Shown in pieces: positions 1-8,926 of a stretch of DNA of 64,000 bases (position 1 is the stretch's first letter; each line of letters begins with the position of its first letter). This stretch comes from Chloroflexota bacterium. GTDB lineage: Bacteria; Chloroflexota; Dehalococcoidia; Lucifugimonadales; SAR202-VII-2. A program made the translations under genes and the position numbers. Under the pieces are notes generated by a model, which saw only the letters and a program-made list of their open reading frames with translations, searched no databases and was not told the origin of the DNA. The stretch is taken from the NCBI GenBank assembly GCA_003228115.1, contig QEVV01000001.1:467834-531833 (forward strand), in the 5' to 3' direction.

Positions 1-382
1 GAGTCCCATCCGGCGACCAGACCGGGGCTTTCACTCCATTGGCAAGCTCAGTGACGCGTCTAGCCTCTCTGCCGTGGGAAGGCACAACAAAGAGCTGCGG
101 CTTGTCATGGCCATCACGCTCTGACACGAAGGCCAGCACAGACCCGTCCGGGGACCAGCGGGGGGAATTGTCTCGCTTTGTGCCGGTGGTAAATGGACGA
201 GGCTCGCTGCCATCGATGTCTACGAGCCAAATGTTAGATAGGTACTCGTCCCTTTCCTTGGACAGCGTTGTCACCACAAAAGCGACACGGCCGCCATCCG
301 GCGATATCCGCGGCTCGCTCACGAACCGGATGCGGGTTAGGTCTTCAGGCGTCATGCCTCGAGGTTTGGCAGGTATGGTCAT
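1..382 (-). CDS. S9 family peptidase (acylaminoacyl/dipeptidyl aminopeptidase), N-terminal beta-propeller part; runs off the window edge
   Basis: Manual translation from ATG at 382 (GGAGG upstream): MTIPAKPRGMTPEDLTRIRFVSEPRISPDGGRVAFVV...NSPRWSPDGSVLAFVSERDG...APVWSPDG. Repeated (W/I)SPDG propeller motifs. Not in the ORF track. Confidence 0.8.
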   Translation of the reverse strand, partial: MTIPAKPRGMTPEDLTRIRFVSEPRISPDGGRVAFVVTTLSKERDEYLSNIWLVDIDGSEPRPFTTGTKRDNSPRWSPDGSVLAFVSERDGHDKPQLFVVPSHGREARRVTELANGVKAPVWSPDGT

Positions 383-460
383 ACAAGTCCTCCAGCGGCG
401 GATCGTTCCCTAGTTGTACCAGATCGGGGCTTTCCACCCAACCCACCCCCAAAGAAAAAC

Positions 461-539
461 TCACCGCGGAGCACACAGAGACCGCGGAGGGAATCTGGCT
501 ATATATCCCTTTCTGAGTGCTCCGCGATCTCTGCGGTGG
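461..539. repeat. REP-like imperfect inverted repeat built from 9-bp units (ACCGCGGAG/CACACAGAG)
   Basis: caccgcggagcacacagagaccgcggag ... ctgagtgctccgcgatctctgcggtg; the right arm reverse-complements to the same 9-mer units. Confidence 0.6.
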
Positions 540-586
540 CTTTACTCCCTTGTGCCTGAGCGCTCCGTATTCTAGAATGCCGACCT

Positions 587-1159
587 ATGTCAGACCCTTT
601 ACGCATACGACTCTTGGGCTGCCACCACACAGAGACGGCCACTGCCCGCCTGAGCAGCTACCTGGTCAATGACCGGTTGGCACTCGACGCAGGGGCGCTG
701 TCCTCCACCCTCACGCAGAAGGAGCAGGACAACCTCGCGGGTATCGTCGTCACGCACCTGCACTTCGACCACAACCGGGATCTGCTAACGGTGGGCCTGG
801 GAGGGTTCGAAACCGGGCTTTCCCTACCCGTCTACGGGACCGCGGAGACCCTCGACTATCTGCACGAGAACTTCCTGAACGGCCGCACCTACCCCGACTT
901 CACGGTCCGTCCCTCCACCAAGAAGCCTCGTCTACAGCTGACACCCCTGGAGCCTTGGAAGGAGCACGACGTTGCTGGGTTGGCTTTCCCAACCTTTTCA
1001 AGGTTGTCCGTACCTGGCGCCACGCGGCGCCTTCGCCGGTCATCGGCGGCACGTTATCGGCTCGCCAACTGCCGCGCCGCAGGCTCCCGGCCAAAGATGA
1101 GCAATACAGCGGTAACGGTGATACAGATGCCGGCAACAACCGTCCAGCCTAGAGAGTAG
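587..1159 (+). pseudogene. MBL-fold metallo-hydrolase (class II cAMP phosphodiesterase-like), C-terminally truncated
   Basis: LDAG and THLHFDH motifs. Family-like sequence ends near aa 135, after which the frame runs antisense into the MFS gene. Downstream metal ligands are missing. Confidence 0.6.
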
Positions 1160-2307
1160 GATCCCCCTCTCTCCAGCATGAGCCCGAATAAGGGCGCCGC
1201 TGTGATGGTGCCAAGGCGCATGCACATGTTCAGCACTCCGGTGGCCACACCGCTCCTCCCCACGGCAGCTGTTTCACCGACCAAGGAGATGAGGACCCCC
1301 GGCCAGGCCATCAGGGTAGCCCCGAACGCCGCCGCGATAAGCGCTACGAAGACCACCGACGCGCCCTCGCCAAGTCGACTCGCTCCAAAAAACACCGTGG
1401 AGGTCAGCACGCCAATGACGCCCAGCACCAGTACCCGACGACCCCCGAAGAGAAAATCACTGGCGGCGCCCCAGAACAGGCGCCCCACGGCGCTGGCCAG
1501 CAACGCGATACCAAGTTGCCCCCCGGCGGCAACGGGGGAATACTTCGCCACGTCCACAAGGAACAAGATGAAATAGACGGTAACCAAGACATGCGTGCTG
1601 GCGAAGACGACGCCCCAAAGGATGGCCAACACCAGAGTGCGATCGTGCAACAGGTACCCCAGCCCTCCCGCTCCTTGACCACTCACGTTTCTCCGCTCAA
1701 CGGGGCGGTCCCTATAGCTAACCGTAAACACAACGCCAACAACAAACACGAATCCGGCAAGGCAGACCAGCGCAGCGCGCCAACTCCAGGCTGTGGCGAT
1801 AATGGGCAGTAACAACGCCGCCGTAGACGCCACAATCGGAGGCCCCGATTGTTTGATGCTCATGGCCATGGCCCGAATGCGAGGCGGAGCCCAATCGATG
1901 ATAGCCTTTGAGGTGGCGGGGAAACCCGGCGCCTGAGCGAACCCAATGAGGCTGGCGAAGGCTAGGAACACCGGGAATGACCAGGCGACGGAAAGGGTCA
2001 GCAGCGCCACGGATAGCACCGCCATGCTCACAGCCATGATGATCCGGACGCCCCAGATGTCCGAGAGCCAGCCTGCGGGTACGACGGTAATCAGCCCTCC
2101 GGCGAAGAGCGCCGACCCCATCAGCCCCAATTGCACCGGCGACAGCCCCAACTCCTGCTGTACGAAGGGGAAAAGCACTGGTATGCCCTGAAGCGGCACC
2201 TGCGTAGTCCCCTGGACGATGGTAACCAAGGCAATAACGAAAACCAGGCTGGATCGTTTGACCGGCAGGCCCGGCTGAGAAGGGGAAGTGTTGTTCTTCG
2301 AGTTCAT
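1054..2307 (-). CDS. MFS transporter
   Basis: About 12 hydrophobic segments; motif A-like GWLSDIWGVR and GAASDFLFGGRR. Confidence 0.9.
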   Translation of the reverse strand: MNSKNNTSPSQPGLPVKRSSLVFVIALVTIVQGTTQVPLQGIPVLFPFVQQELGLSPVQLGLMGSALFAGGLITVVPAGWLSDIWGVRIIMAVSMAVLSVALLTLSVAWSFPVFLAFASLIGFAQAPGFPATSKAIIDWAPPRIRAMAMSIKQSGPPIVASTAALLLPIIATAWSWRAALVCLAGFVFVVGVVFTVSYRDRPVERRNVSGQGAGGLGYLLHDRTLVLAILWGVVFASTHVLVTVYFILFLVDVAKYSPVAAGGQLGIALLASAVGRLFWGAASDFLFGGRRVLVLGVIGVLTSTVFFGASRLGEGASVVFVALIAAAFGATLMAWPGVLISLVGETAAVGRSGVATGVLNMCMRLGTITAAPLFGLMLERGGSYSLGWTVVAGICITVTAVLLIFGREPAARQLASR

Positions 2308-2421
2308 ATCTCTTCAACGCCCGACTGTATGGGTGGCCTTATAACGTGTCAACGAGCGGCTCCTTGCCACGCATGCACCAGTTTGCTACCGTTGCCGTAA
2401 TTGACGGAGGAATCCTATCTA

Positions 2422-3165
2422 ATGACGGCCACGTCGCGCAAAGTATCTCTGTTTATAACCTGCTTGGTCGACCAGTTCTTTCCGGAGGTCGGCGAGGCAG
2501 TGGTTCGAGTGCTGCGCCGCCAGGGGGTTGAAGTGGATTTCCCCGAAGGCCAGACCTGCTGCGGTCAACCTGCTTTTAACGGCGGGTTCACCGAGGATGC
2601 CAAAGCGGTGGCGCGTAGGTTTCTGGACAACTTCGATGGCGATCAGGATGTCGTCGTCCCGTCCGGCTCTTGTGGGGCAATGGTGAAGGTCTTCTACCCG
2701 GAGATCTTTCATGACGAGCCGGGGACGGCCGCTCGAGCCAAGGATCTCAGCGCCCGCACCTATGAATTTTCCGAATACTTGGTCAACGTCCTAGGCGTCA
2801 CCGACGTTGGCGCCTCCAAGAAGACAAAGGTCGCCTATCACGCCGCCTGCCACTTGCTGCGAGAGCTGCGAGTGAAGGAGCCTCCCCGCCAACTTATTGA
2901 GGGCGTCGAAGGCGCCGAATACACGCCAATGGAGCTTGAGGAAGCCTGCTGTGGCTTTGGCGGCACCTTCTCGGTGAAGTATTCGGAGATATCAGAGGCC
3001 ATATTGGAGGACAAGCTAAAGAGCTTGGCGGAGTGTGGCGCTGATACCCTTGTTTCCTGCGACTCCAGCTGTCTCATGCATATTTCAGGCGCGCTTTCCC
3101 GGCGCGGCAGTCCAGTGAAAGCCATGCACTTAGCTCAGCTCTTGGACAATCGAGAGGACTCCTGA
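2422..3165 (+). CDS. lutA: Lactate utilization protein A (CCG-domain Fe-S protein)
   Basis: FITCLVDQFFP, TCCGQPAFNGG, YHAACH, CCGFGGTFSVK; GGAGG upstream of ATG 2422. Confidence 0.9.
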   Translation: MTATSRKVSLFITCLVDQFFPEVGEAVVRVLRRQGVEVDFPEGQTCCGQPAFNGGFTEDAKAVARRFLDNFDGDQDVVVPSGSCGAMVKVFYPEIFHDEPGTAARAKDLSARTYEFSEYLVNVLGVTDVGASKKTKVAYHAACHLLRELRVKEPPRQLIEGVEGAEYTPMELEEACCGFGGTFSVKYSEISEAILEDKLKSLAECGADTLVSCDSSCLMHISGALSRRGSPVKAMHLAQLLDNREDS

Positions 3166-3166
3166 A

Positions 3167-4603
3167 ATGGACGTTAAGACGAAGGACTTCGTGAGTGGCT
3201 CCAAGGCAGCCATTCTCGACCCCCAAATTCAAGAGGCCCTGGCCAAACTACGAAACGGGCTGGGCCGGGGTCCAAGGCTGGCCTCTGAGGAGTTGACGCC
3301 CCCCGTCTGGCAGGACATGCGGCAGCGGGCAAGCGACATCAAGACCCACACAATAGCCAATCTTGATTACTACCTCGAGAAACTATCAGACAACGTAGAA
3401 AAAGCAGGCGGCCACGTCCACTTTGCCCGAGACGCCAAAGAGGCTAGCGACATCGTTCTGGACATCGCCCGCAAGCGCGACGTTGAGTTGGTTATCAAGG
3501 GCAAGTCCATGGTCTCGGAAGAACTTGAGATCAACGACCACCTTGAAAGTATCGGCATCGAATCGGTGGAAACGGACCTGGGCGAGTACATTCTCCAGCT
3601 GATGAATGAGCCGCCCTTCCATATCATCGCTCCCGCAATTCACAAAAGCCGCCGCCAAGTATCCGAGATCTTCACTGAGAAGCTCAAGACCTTGCCCTCG
3701 GACGAGGTGGAGCAACTTTGCGAGACGGCGCGAGAGACGCTGAGGGAGAAATTCCTCAACGCCGACATGGGTATTACGGGAGTCAACTTCGCGGTGGCCG
3801 AAACGGGAACCATCGCCCTGGTCACTAACGAGGGTAACGGAAGGATGTGCACCTCCCTTCCCAAGGTGCACATAGCACTCATGGGCATGGAAAAGATCCT
3901 GCCACGGCTCGAAGACCTGGCTCTGTTCCTCGGCGTACTGCCACGGTCGGCGACAGGACAGCGCATCTCCAGCTATGTCACCTGCGTCACGGGACCCCGC
4001 CGCTCGACAGACGAGGACGGTCCCGAAGAATTTCACCTAGTCATCGTAGACAACGGCCGCTCCAAGATATTGGCCGATGAGCAGATGCGGGAAGCCTTGA
4101 ACTGCATCAGGTGCGGCGCATGCCTCAACGCATGCCCGATCTACGGCAAGGTAGGAGGGCACGCATACGGCTGGGTCTACTCAGGCCCCATTGGCGCAAT
4201 AGTCACGCCAATGCTGACCGGAACGGTGGAGGCCAAACACCTTCCCTTCGCTTCCACCCTTTGCGGCGCCTGCAAGGACGCCTGTCCCGTCAAGATCGAC
4301 ATTCCGCACATGTTGCTTCGCCTCCGGCAAGAGATAACCCAGGGAGGAACCCTTGCCAAAAACGGCAAAGCCCCTTGGTACGAAGCTGCTTTGATGAAGG
4401 GTTGGCGGCAGTCAGTGAGAGGCTCTCGAGTGTTCTCTTTGGCCAACCGACTGGGCCGCCTTGCCCTGCTACCCCTGTCTCGCAACGGCAAAGTACGCCG
4501 CCTACCACCACCGCTTTCCGGCTGGACACGGTTCCGCGACTTCCCATTGCCATCGGCGAAACCGTTCCGGGAGCGTTGGCGCAAGGGTTTGAAGGACGAG
4601 TAA
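3167..4603 (+). CDS. lutB: Lactate utilization protein B (LUD domain plus 4Fe-4S)
   Basis: KGKSMVSEE, ETDLGEYI, TNEGNGR, CIRCGACLNACP, STLCGACKDACPVKIDIP. Confidence 0.93.
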   Translation: MDVKTKDFVSGSKAAILDPQIQEALAKLRNGLGRGPRLASEELTPPVWQDMRQRASDIKTHTIANLDYYLEKLSDNVEKAGGHVHFARDAKEASDIVLDIARKRDVELVIKGKSMVSEELEINDHLESIGIESVETDLGEYILQLMNEPPFHIIAPAIHKSRRQVSEIFTEKLKTLPSDEVEQLCETARETLREKFLNADMGITGVNFAVAETGTIALVTNEGNGRMCTSLPKVHIALMGMEKILPRLEDLALFLGVLPRSATGQRISSYVTCVTGPRRSTDEDGPEEFHLVIVDNGRSKILADEQMREALNCIRCGACLNACPIYGKVGGHAYGWVYSGPIGAIVTPMLTGTVEAKHLPFASTLCGACKDACPVKIDIPHMLLRLRQEITQGGTLAKNGKAPWYEAALMKGWRQSVRGSRVFSLANRLGRLALLPLSRNGKVRRLPPPLSGWTRFRDFPLPSAKPFRERWRKGLKDE

Positions 4604-4643
4604 ACGATGGCGACCAAATGAATCCTGAGGAAGGAGGACCCAA

Positions 4644-4829
4644 ATGCCTATCGTACGTGTAGAGATGTTCCCCAGAAGGACCCACGAGCAGAAGGCCGCC
4701 CTTGCCAAGGCCATTACCGATGTGATGGTCGAAATCGCCGAAACACCGCGGGAGGCCATCCACGTCATCATTCAGGACATCCCAAAGGACCACTGGGCTC
4801 AGGGCGGGGTTCTGGCCTCAGAAGTCTAG
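4644..4829 (+). CDS. 4-oxalocrotonate tautomerase family protein
   Basis: 61 aa, N-terminal Pro after Met (MPIVRVEM..RTHEQK..W..GG); strong RBS GGAGGA. Confidence 0.88.
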   Translation: MPIVRVEMFPRRTHEQKAALAKAITDVMVEIAETPREAIHVIIQDIPKDHWAQGGVLASEV

Positions 4830-4832
4830 GCA

Positions 4833-5570
4833 ATGCCCGGAACCACTAGAGCCGACTTCATAAGCACCGTTCGGCAAGCTCTAGGACGATCGGAGCCTCT
4901 CACTGAGGCGCCTGTCCCGCCGAATGGCTCGCCCTCTCTCGCTGAGGTTGAAGCGCGGGCTGTCGCTATTCGCCAACGTTTATCGAACAGTGGCCCGGAG
5001 TTGGTAGAGGCGTTGGTGGGAGCAGCGGAGCGGGCCGGTTGGAAGATCTGCCGTGCAGCGTCGCCTGAGGACGCGTTGGATTACATCGCCGCGTTAGCGG
5101 AGCGGGACGAGGTAAAGAAGGTAGTTCGCTCCTCTCACGATGTCTTTAGCCGCCTTGATGTGGAGGGCACGTTACGACGTGCGGGAGCCGAGGTCATGGT
5201 GCAATCCAGAGCAAATGGCGTCGACTTGGACGCCAGCCGGGAGGAAGCTGCTATTGCCGAGCTAGGCGTGACAGGCGTGGACTATGCCATAGCTGATCTT
5301 GGCTCGTGTGTGATCCAACCGCGTGAGGGCATTAGCCGCACAACGTCGCTTCTACCTCCCCTGCACGTTGCCATCGTCGAGCCCGCACAGATTGTTGGCG
5401 ACCTATCGGACTTCATGGCGCTCTGGGCCGCCGATGCTCAGCGCGATGGCGACCCCGGTAGCTATATGAATATCATCACGGGCCCCAGCCGCACCGCCGA
5501 CATCGAACAGATATTGGTCGTGGGGGTCCATGGCCCGAAAGAAGTGCACATGGTGGTGCTGGATAGCTAG
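4833..5570 (+). CDS. lutC: Lactate utilization protein C (LUD domain)
   Basis: SLLPPLHVAIV and ITGPSRTADIEQILVVGVHGPKEV. Confidence 0.9.
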   Translation: MPGTTRADFISTVRQALGRSEPLTEAPVPPNGSPSLAEVEARAVAIRQRLSNSGPELVEALVGAAERAGWKICRAASPEDALDYIAALAERDEVKKVVRSSHDVFSRLDVEGTLRRAGAEVMVQSRANGVDLDASREEAAIAELGVTGVDYAIADLGSCVIQPREGISRTTSLLPPLHVAIVEPAQIVGDLSDFMALWAADAQRDGDPGSYMNIITGPSRTADIEQILVVGVHGPKEVHMVVLDS

Positions 5571-5600
5571 GAACACTTCCCTTGTCCCACACCACTGACT

Positions 5601-5630
5601 TGTCGTTCTGAGCGAAGCGAAGAACCTTGT
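5601..5630. repeat. TGTC-type REP-like element (single copy)
   Basis: tgtcgttctgagcgaagcgaagaaccttgt, nearly identical to the unit at 28467. Confidence 0.65.
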
Positions 5631-5676
5631 ACGTGTACCCGAACCTTGGGTTGGACGAAATGCAAAGGAGGCTTCA

Positions 5677-6303
5677 ATGGCCGAAAGCAATAACGGCAGC
5701 CAGACGTCAGGCACCAGTGTCGCTACCTTGGCGGGCGGCTGCTTCTGGTGCCTGGAGGCGGTTTTTGAGCAGCTGATTGGCGTAGAGAAGGTAGTTTCGG
5801 GATACGCCGGCGGGCACACGCCGAACCCGAACTATCACGATGTCTGCTCTGGAACCACGGGCCACGCAGAGGTCGTGCAGGTGACCTTTGACCCGTCGGC
5901 ACTCTCCCTCCGAGACCTGTTGGAGGTCTTCTTCTCCATCCACGACCCCACAACGCTGAACGCTCAGGGGCCGGACGTGGGGACTCAATACCGCTCAGCC
6001 ATCTTTTACCACGATGATGAGCAGAAAGTGGCCGCAGAGGAGGCAATCCAGCAGCTGACTGAGGAGCAAGCCTTCAAGGACAAGATCGTCACAGAAGTGG
6101 CGCCTCTAGAAGTCTTCCACGCCGGGGAGGACTACCACCAGGAGTATTACCGCAATAATCGCAGTGCGGGCTATTGCCGGGTCATCATCGACCCCAAGGT
6201 AGCCAAGTTCAAGAAGAGTTACGGGGATAGGCTCAAGGAACCGGAGACGGCGGAAGCTGCCAGTGGCTCAGGCGGCATCTGGCCTTTCAACCGCAAGGGC
6301 TAG
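5677..6303 (+). CDS. msrA: Peptide-methionine (S)-S-oxide reductase
   Basis: GGCFWC, SGYAGG, TGHAEVV, HDPT, GTQYRSAIF, EDYHQEY. Confidence 0.95.
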   Translation: MAESNNGSQTSGTSVATLAGGCFWCLEAVFEQLIGVEKVVSGYAGGHTPNPNYHDVCSGTTGHAEVVQVTFDPSALSLRDLLEVFFSIHDPTTLNAQGPDVGTQYRSAIFYHDDEQKVAAEEAIQQLTEEQAFKDKIVTEVAPLEVFHAGEDYHQEYYRNNRSAGYCRVIIDPKVAKFKKSYGDRLKEPETAEAASGSGGIWPFNRKG

Positions 6304-6309
6304 GATGCC

Positions 6310-7443
6310 CTAGCCAACCCAACGGGCGCTACGCATCGCCCGCTCTGCTGCGTCAGCTAGCAATGCATAGGCATTCGCTATGGCCTCTTCCAGCGGTATC
6401 GATCCATCCGTCAGGGTCTCGACCGCGTCAATGCCCATGCTCAGGGTCTGCTCATGGCCCTCTCCCACCGTCCCAGCCAGCGCTATGACTGGCAATCCCT
6501 TCGCCTTTGCCCTGCGCGCCACTCCCACAGGAACCTTGTTGTAGACCGTTTGACCGTCCAAGCGACCCTCTCCAGTGATGACAAGGTCGGCGGAGACCAG
6601 TGCAGCGTCCAGTCCAACGGCATTGGCAATCAAATCAACGCCCGGTTGGAGTCGAGCATCTAGGAACGCCATGAGCCCTGCGCCAAGGCCACCTGCCGCG
6701 CCAGCACCAGGGACGTTGGAGACATCGCGGCCCACGGTTGCTGCCAACACCTCCCCATAGCGTGAAAGTGCCGCGTCCAGGAACTGGACGACCTCCGGCG
6801 TGGCCCCCTTTTGCGGGCCGTAGACCGCGCTGGCGCCCTCCGGCCCAGTCAGCGGGTTCGTCACGTCGCATGCCACCAAGAACTCACACGAACCGACCCA
6901 ACGATCCAAGCCAGTTAGGTCGATCCGGACCAAACGAGCCAAGGCTGCGCCACCCTCAGGCAGGACTTTGCCCTCAGCATCAAGATAGCGGGCCCCTAAC
7001 GCCGTTGCCATCCCCGCGCCACCGTCGTTCGTAGCACTGCCCCCAATCCCGATGATCATGCGGCGGCATCCAGCGTCCAAGCCCGCCCGGATGAGTTGGC
7101 CAGTCCCATAAGTAGAAGCTCGTCTGGGGTCTAGACTGTCTTGAGGCACGAGAACGAGGCCAGAGGCCCGCGCCATTTCGATAACAGCACTCTCCCCGTC
7201 TCCCGTAACCCCCCAAAGCGCCAAAACCTCGTCGCCCAATGGCCCGAGAACGGCGGTCTCCCTGTACGACCCGCCGGTCGCTTCCACCAGAGCCTCCAAA
7301 GTCCCATCACCACCATCGGCCATGGGCATGAGGACGACCTCAGCCTCCGGCAGGACCCTCAACACACCCTCACGGATGGCGCGGCAAGCCTCCCGAGCAG
7401 ACAGGCTTCCCTTGAACGCTTGTGGGGCAACAACAATTCGCAC
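6310..7443 (-). CDS. glxK: Glycerate kinase
   Basis: APQAFKGSLSA, ADGGDGT, GGSATNDGG, GPQKGA, GAGAAGG, TGEGRLD; GTG start at 7443 chosen by family N-terminus. Confidence 0.92.
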   Translation of the reverse strand: MRIVVAPQAFKGSLSAREACRAIREGVLRVLPEAEVVLMPMADGGDGTLEALVEATGGSYRETAVLGPLGDEVLALWGVTGDGESAVIEMARASGLVLVPQDSLDPRRASTYGTGQLIRAGLDAGCRRMIIGIGGSATNDGGAGMATALGARYLDAEGKVLPEGGAALARLVRIDLTGLDRWVGSCEFLVACDVTNPLTGPEGASAVYGPQKGATPEVVQFLDAALSRYGEVLAATVGRDVSNVPGAGAAGGLGAGLMAFLDARLQPGVDLIANAVGLDAALVSADLVITGEGRLDGQTVYNKVPVGVARRAKAKGLPVIALAGTVGEGHEQTLSMGIDAVETLTDGSIPLEEAIANAYALLADAAERAMRSARWVG

Positions 7444-7471
7444 GGCGTCATTATAGGGTGGCATCAGTGCC

Positions 7472-7501
7472 TTGACAAGAACTTATGTTCTGCACTACTT
7501 T
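7472..7501 (+). promoter_or_regulatory. Sigma70-type promoter with LexA (SOS) box in the spacer
   Basis: TTGACA (7472-7477), AGAAC-TTAT-GTTCT (7478-7491), TACTTT (7496-7501). Confidence 0.75.
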
Positions 7502-7532
7502 GATGACCCACCTTCACAACGCGAGGATTCCC

Positions 7533-8432
7533 ATGCCCTTAGAGTCGGTCGAAGAGGTTCCCTGCAAATCGCTGATAAACCGGGTCTACGGGAACAACCT
7601 TCCCTTTCGGTGGACCATCAACCCCTATCGCGGGTGCCAGCACGCGTGTGTCTACTGCTTTGCCAGGGGCACGCATGAATTCCTCGGATACGACGGCGGA
7701 CGTCAATTCGACACGCGCATCATCGTGAAGATCAACGCGCCGGAGGTGCTGCGGGAAGAACTCAAACGTCCCAACTGGCGTAGGGAAATCATCGCCCTAG
7801 GCACTGCTTGTGACCCTTACGAACCCGCTGAGCGCCGCTATGAAGTCACCAGACGGATCGTCGAAGCTCTCCGAGATGCAGCCAACCCTGTCTCCATCAC
7901 CACCAAGTCGGTGCTGGTAAAGCGGGACATCGATATCCTTCAAGAGTTGGCTCAGATCGCCAAGGTACGCGTGAACTTCAGTGTAGGTTCACTGGATGAC
8001 CGTGTGTGGCAGAAGACGGAGCCAGGAACGCCCCGTCCCATCCGACGTCTCGAAGCAATGCAGGCGTTGGTGGAAGCGGGCATCCCGGCAGGCGTGCTCA
8101 TGGCCCCTATTATTCCAGTGCTCTCAGACAGCAAAGAGAGCATGGAGACCGTCGTCAAGGCAGCCGCTGAGCACAAAGCGCAGTTCCTAGGCGCCAATGT
8201 CCTCCACCTGAAGCCAGGCTCCAAGGAGTGGTTCATGCCCTTTCTGAGGGAGGCTCATCCTCACCTTCTACCCGAGTACCACCGCCTCTACAGGGGCGCC
8301 TACGCGCCCAGGCAGTACACGGAACAGGTCATGGCAAAGATTGATGAGCTAAGGGATCGATGGGGCCTTCACGATCGCGGAGCCCTTTTGCAGGGGCCGC
8401 AAAAGGGCCAGCTTGCGCTGGCCCTTGCATAG
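7533..8432 (+). CDS. Radical SAM DNA-repair protein (Rv2578c / spore photoproduct lyase-like)
   Basis: INPYRGCQHACVYCFAR (CxxxCxxC), DPYEPAE, ITTKS; ATG 7533 preceded by GAGGA. Confidence 0.9.
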   Translation: MPLESVEEVPCKSLINRVYGNNLPFRWTINPYRGCQHACVYCFARGTHEFLGYDGGRQFDTRIIVKINAPEVLREELKRPNWRREIIALGTACDPYEPAERRYEVTRRIVEALRDAANPVSITTKSVLVKRDIDILQELAQIAKVRVNFSVGSLDDRVWQKTEPGTPRPIRRLEAMQALVEAGIPAGVLMAPIIPVLSDSKESMETVVKAAAEHKAQFLGANVLHLKPGSKEWFMPFLREAHPHLLPEYHRLYRGAYAPRQYTEQVMAKIDELRDRWGLHDRGALLQGPQKGQLALALA

Positions 8433-8451
8433 CTTAACCTGAACGCCCTGC

Positions 8452-8874
8452 CTATCGGATCATCCCATAGACTTTGTCAGGGCTTGTAAGTACGACGACC
8501 GCGTCCTGGTCTCCCATGACTTGGTCGTATTCATCCCAATTGGGATGTTCTCCGCCGCCGCAGGCGCTGTAGACAGCACGACGTAAGAGCCGCAATTTCT
8601 CCGCGTCAGTGTTGCCGGAGTCGAAAAGCGTAGCCTGTCCCTCGACGATAACGTAACTACGCCAGTCGCTATCCACAGTCAGGACAGAACATTGAGGGTC
8701 GCTGCGAAGATTGCGCACCTTCGCGGTCTTGCCTTGAACAGACACGAAGCCCATCTTTCCTTGAAAGGGCCCGGCGACAACAATGCTGTTCTGGATTCCG
8801 CCAACAGGCCTGTGTGTACTAATCACCGCCCGGTGATTGGTCTCCAGAAAGGGAACGGCGTCGCTGAATTCCAT
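8452..8874 (-). CDS. PPOX-class (pyridoxamine 5'-phosphate oxidase-like) probable F420-dependent oxidoreductase
   Basis: TAKVRNLRSDP, YVIVEG, EHPNWDEY motifs. Confidence 0.8.
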   Translation of the reverse strand: MEFSDAVPFLETNHRAVISTHRPVGGIQNSIVVAGPFQGKMGFVSVQGKTAKVRNLRSDPQCSVLTVDSDWRSYVIVEGQATLFDSGNTDAEKLRLLRRAVYSACGGGEHPNWDEYDQVMGDQDAVVVLTSPDKVYGMIR

Positions 8875-8926
8875 GATTCACCTTAAATGCGTTGTTGATT
8901 CGGGGCGGGCGGTTGGATTCCTCGCC

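Noticed and set aside
7485-7532. Track start of the radical SAM ORF at 7485
   Set aside because: That ATG lies inside the promoter/LexA box; ATG 7533 has an RBS
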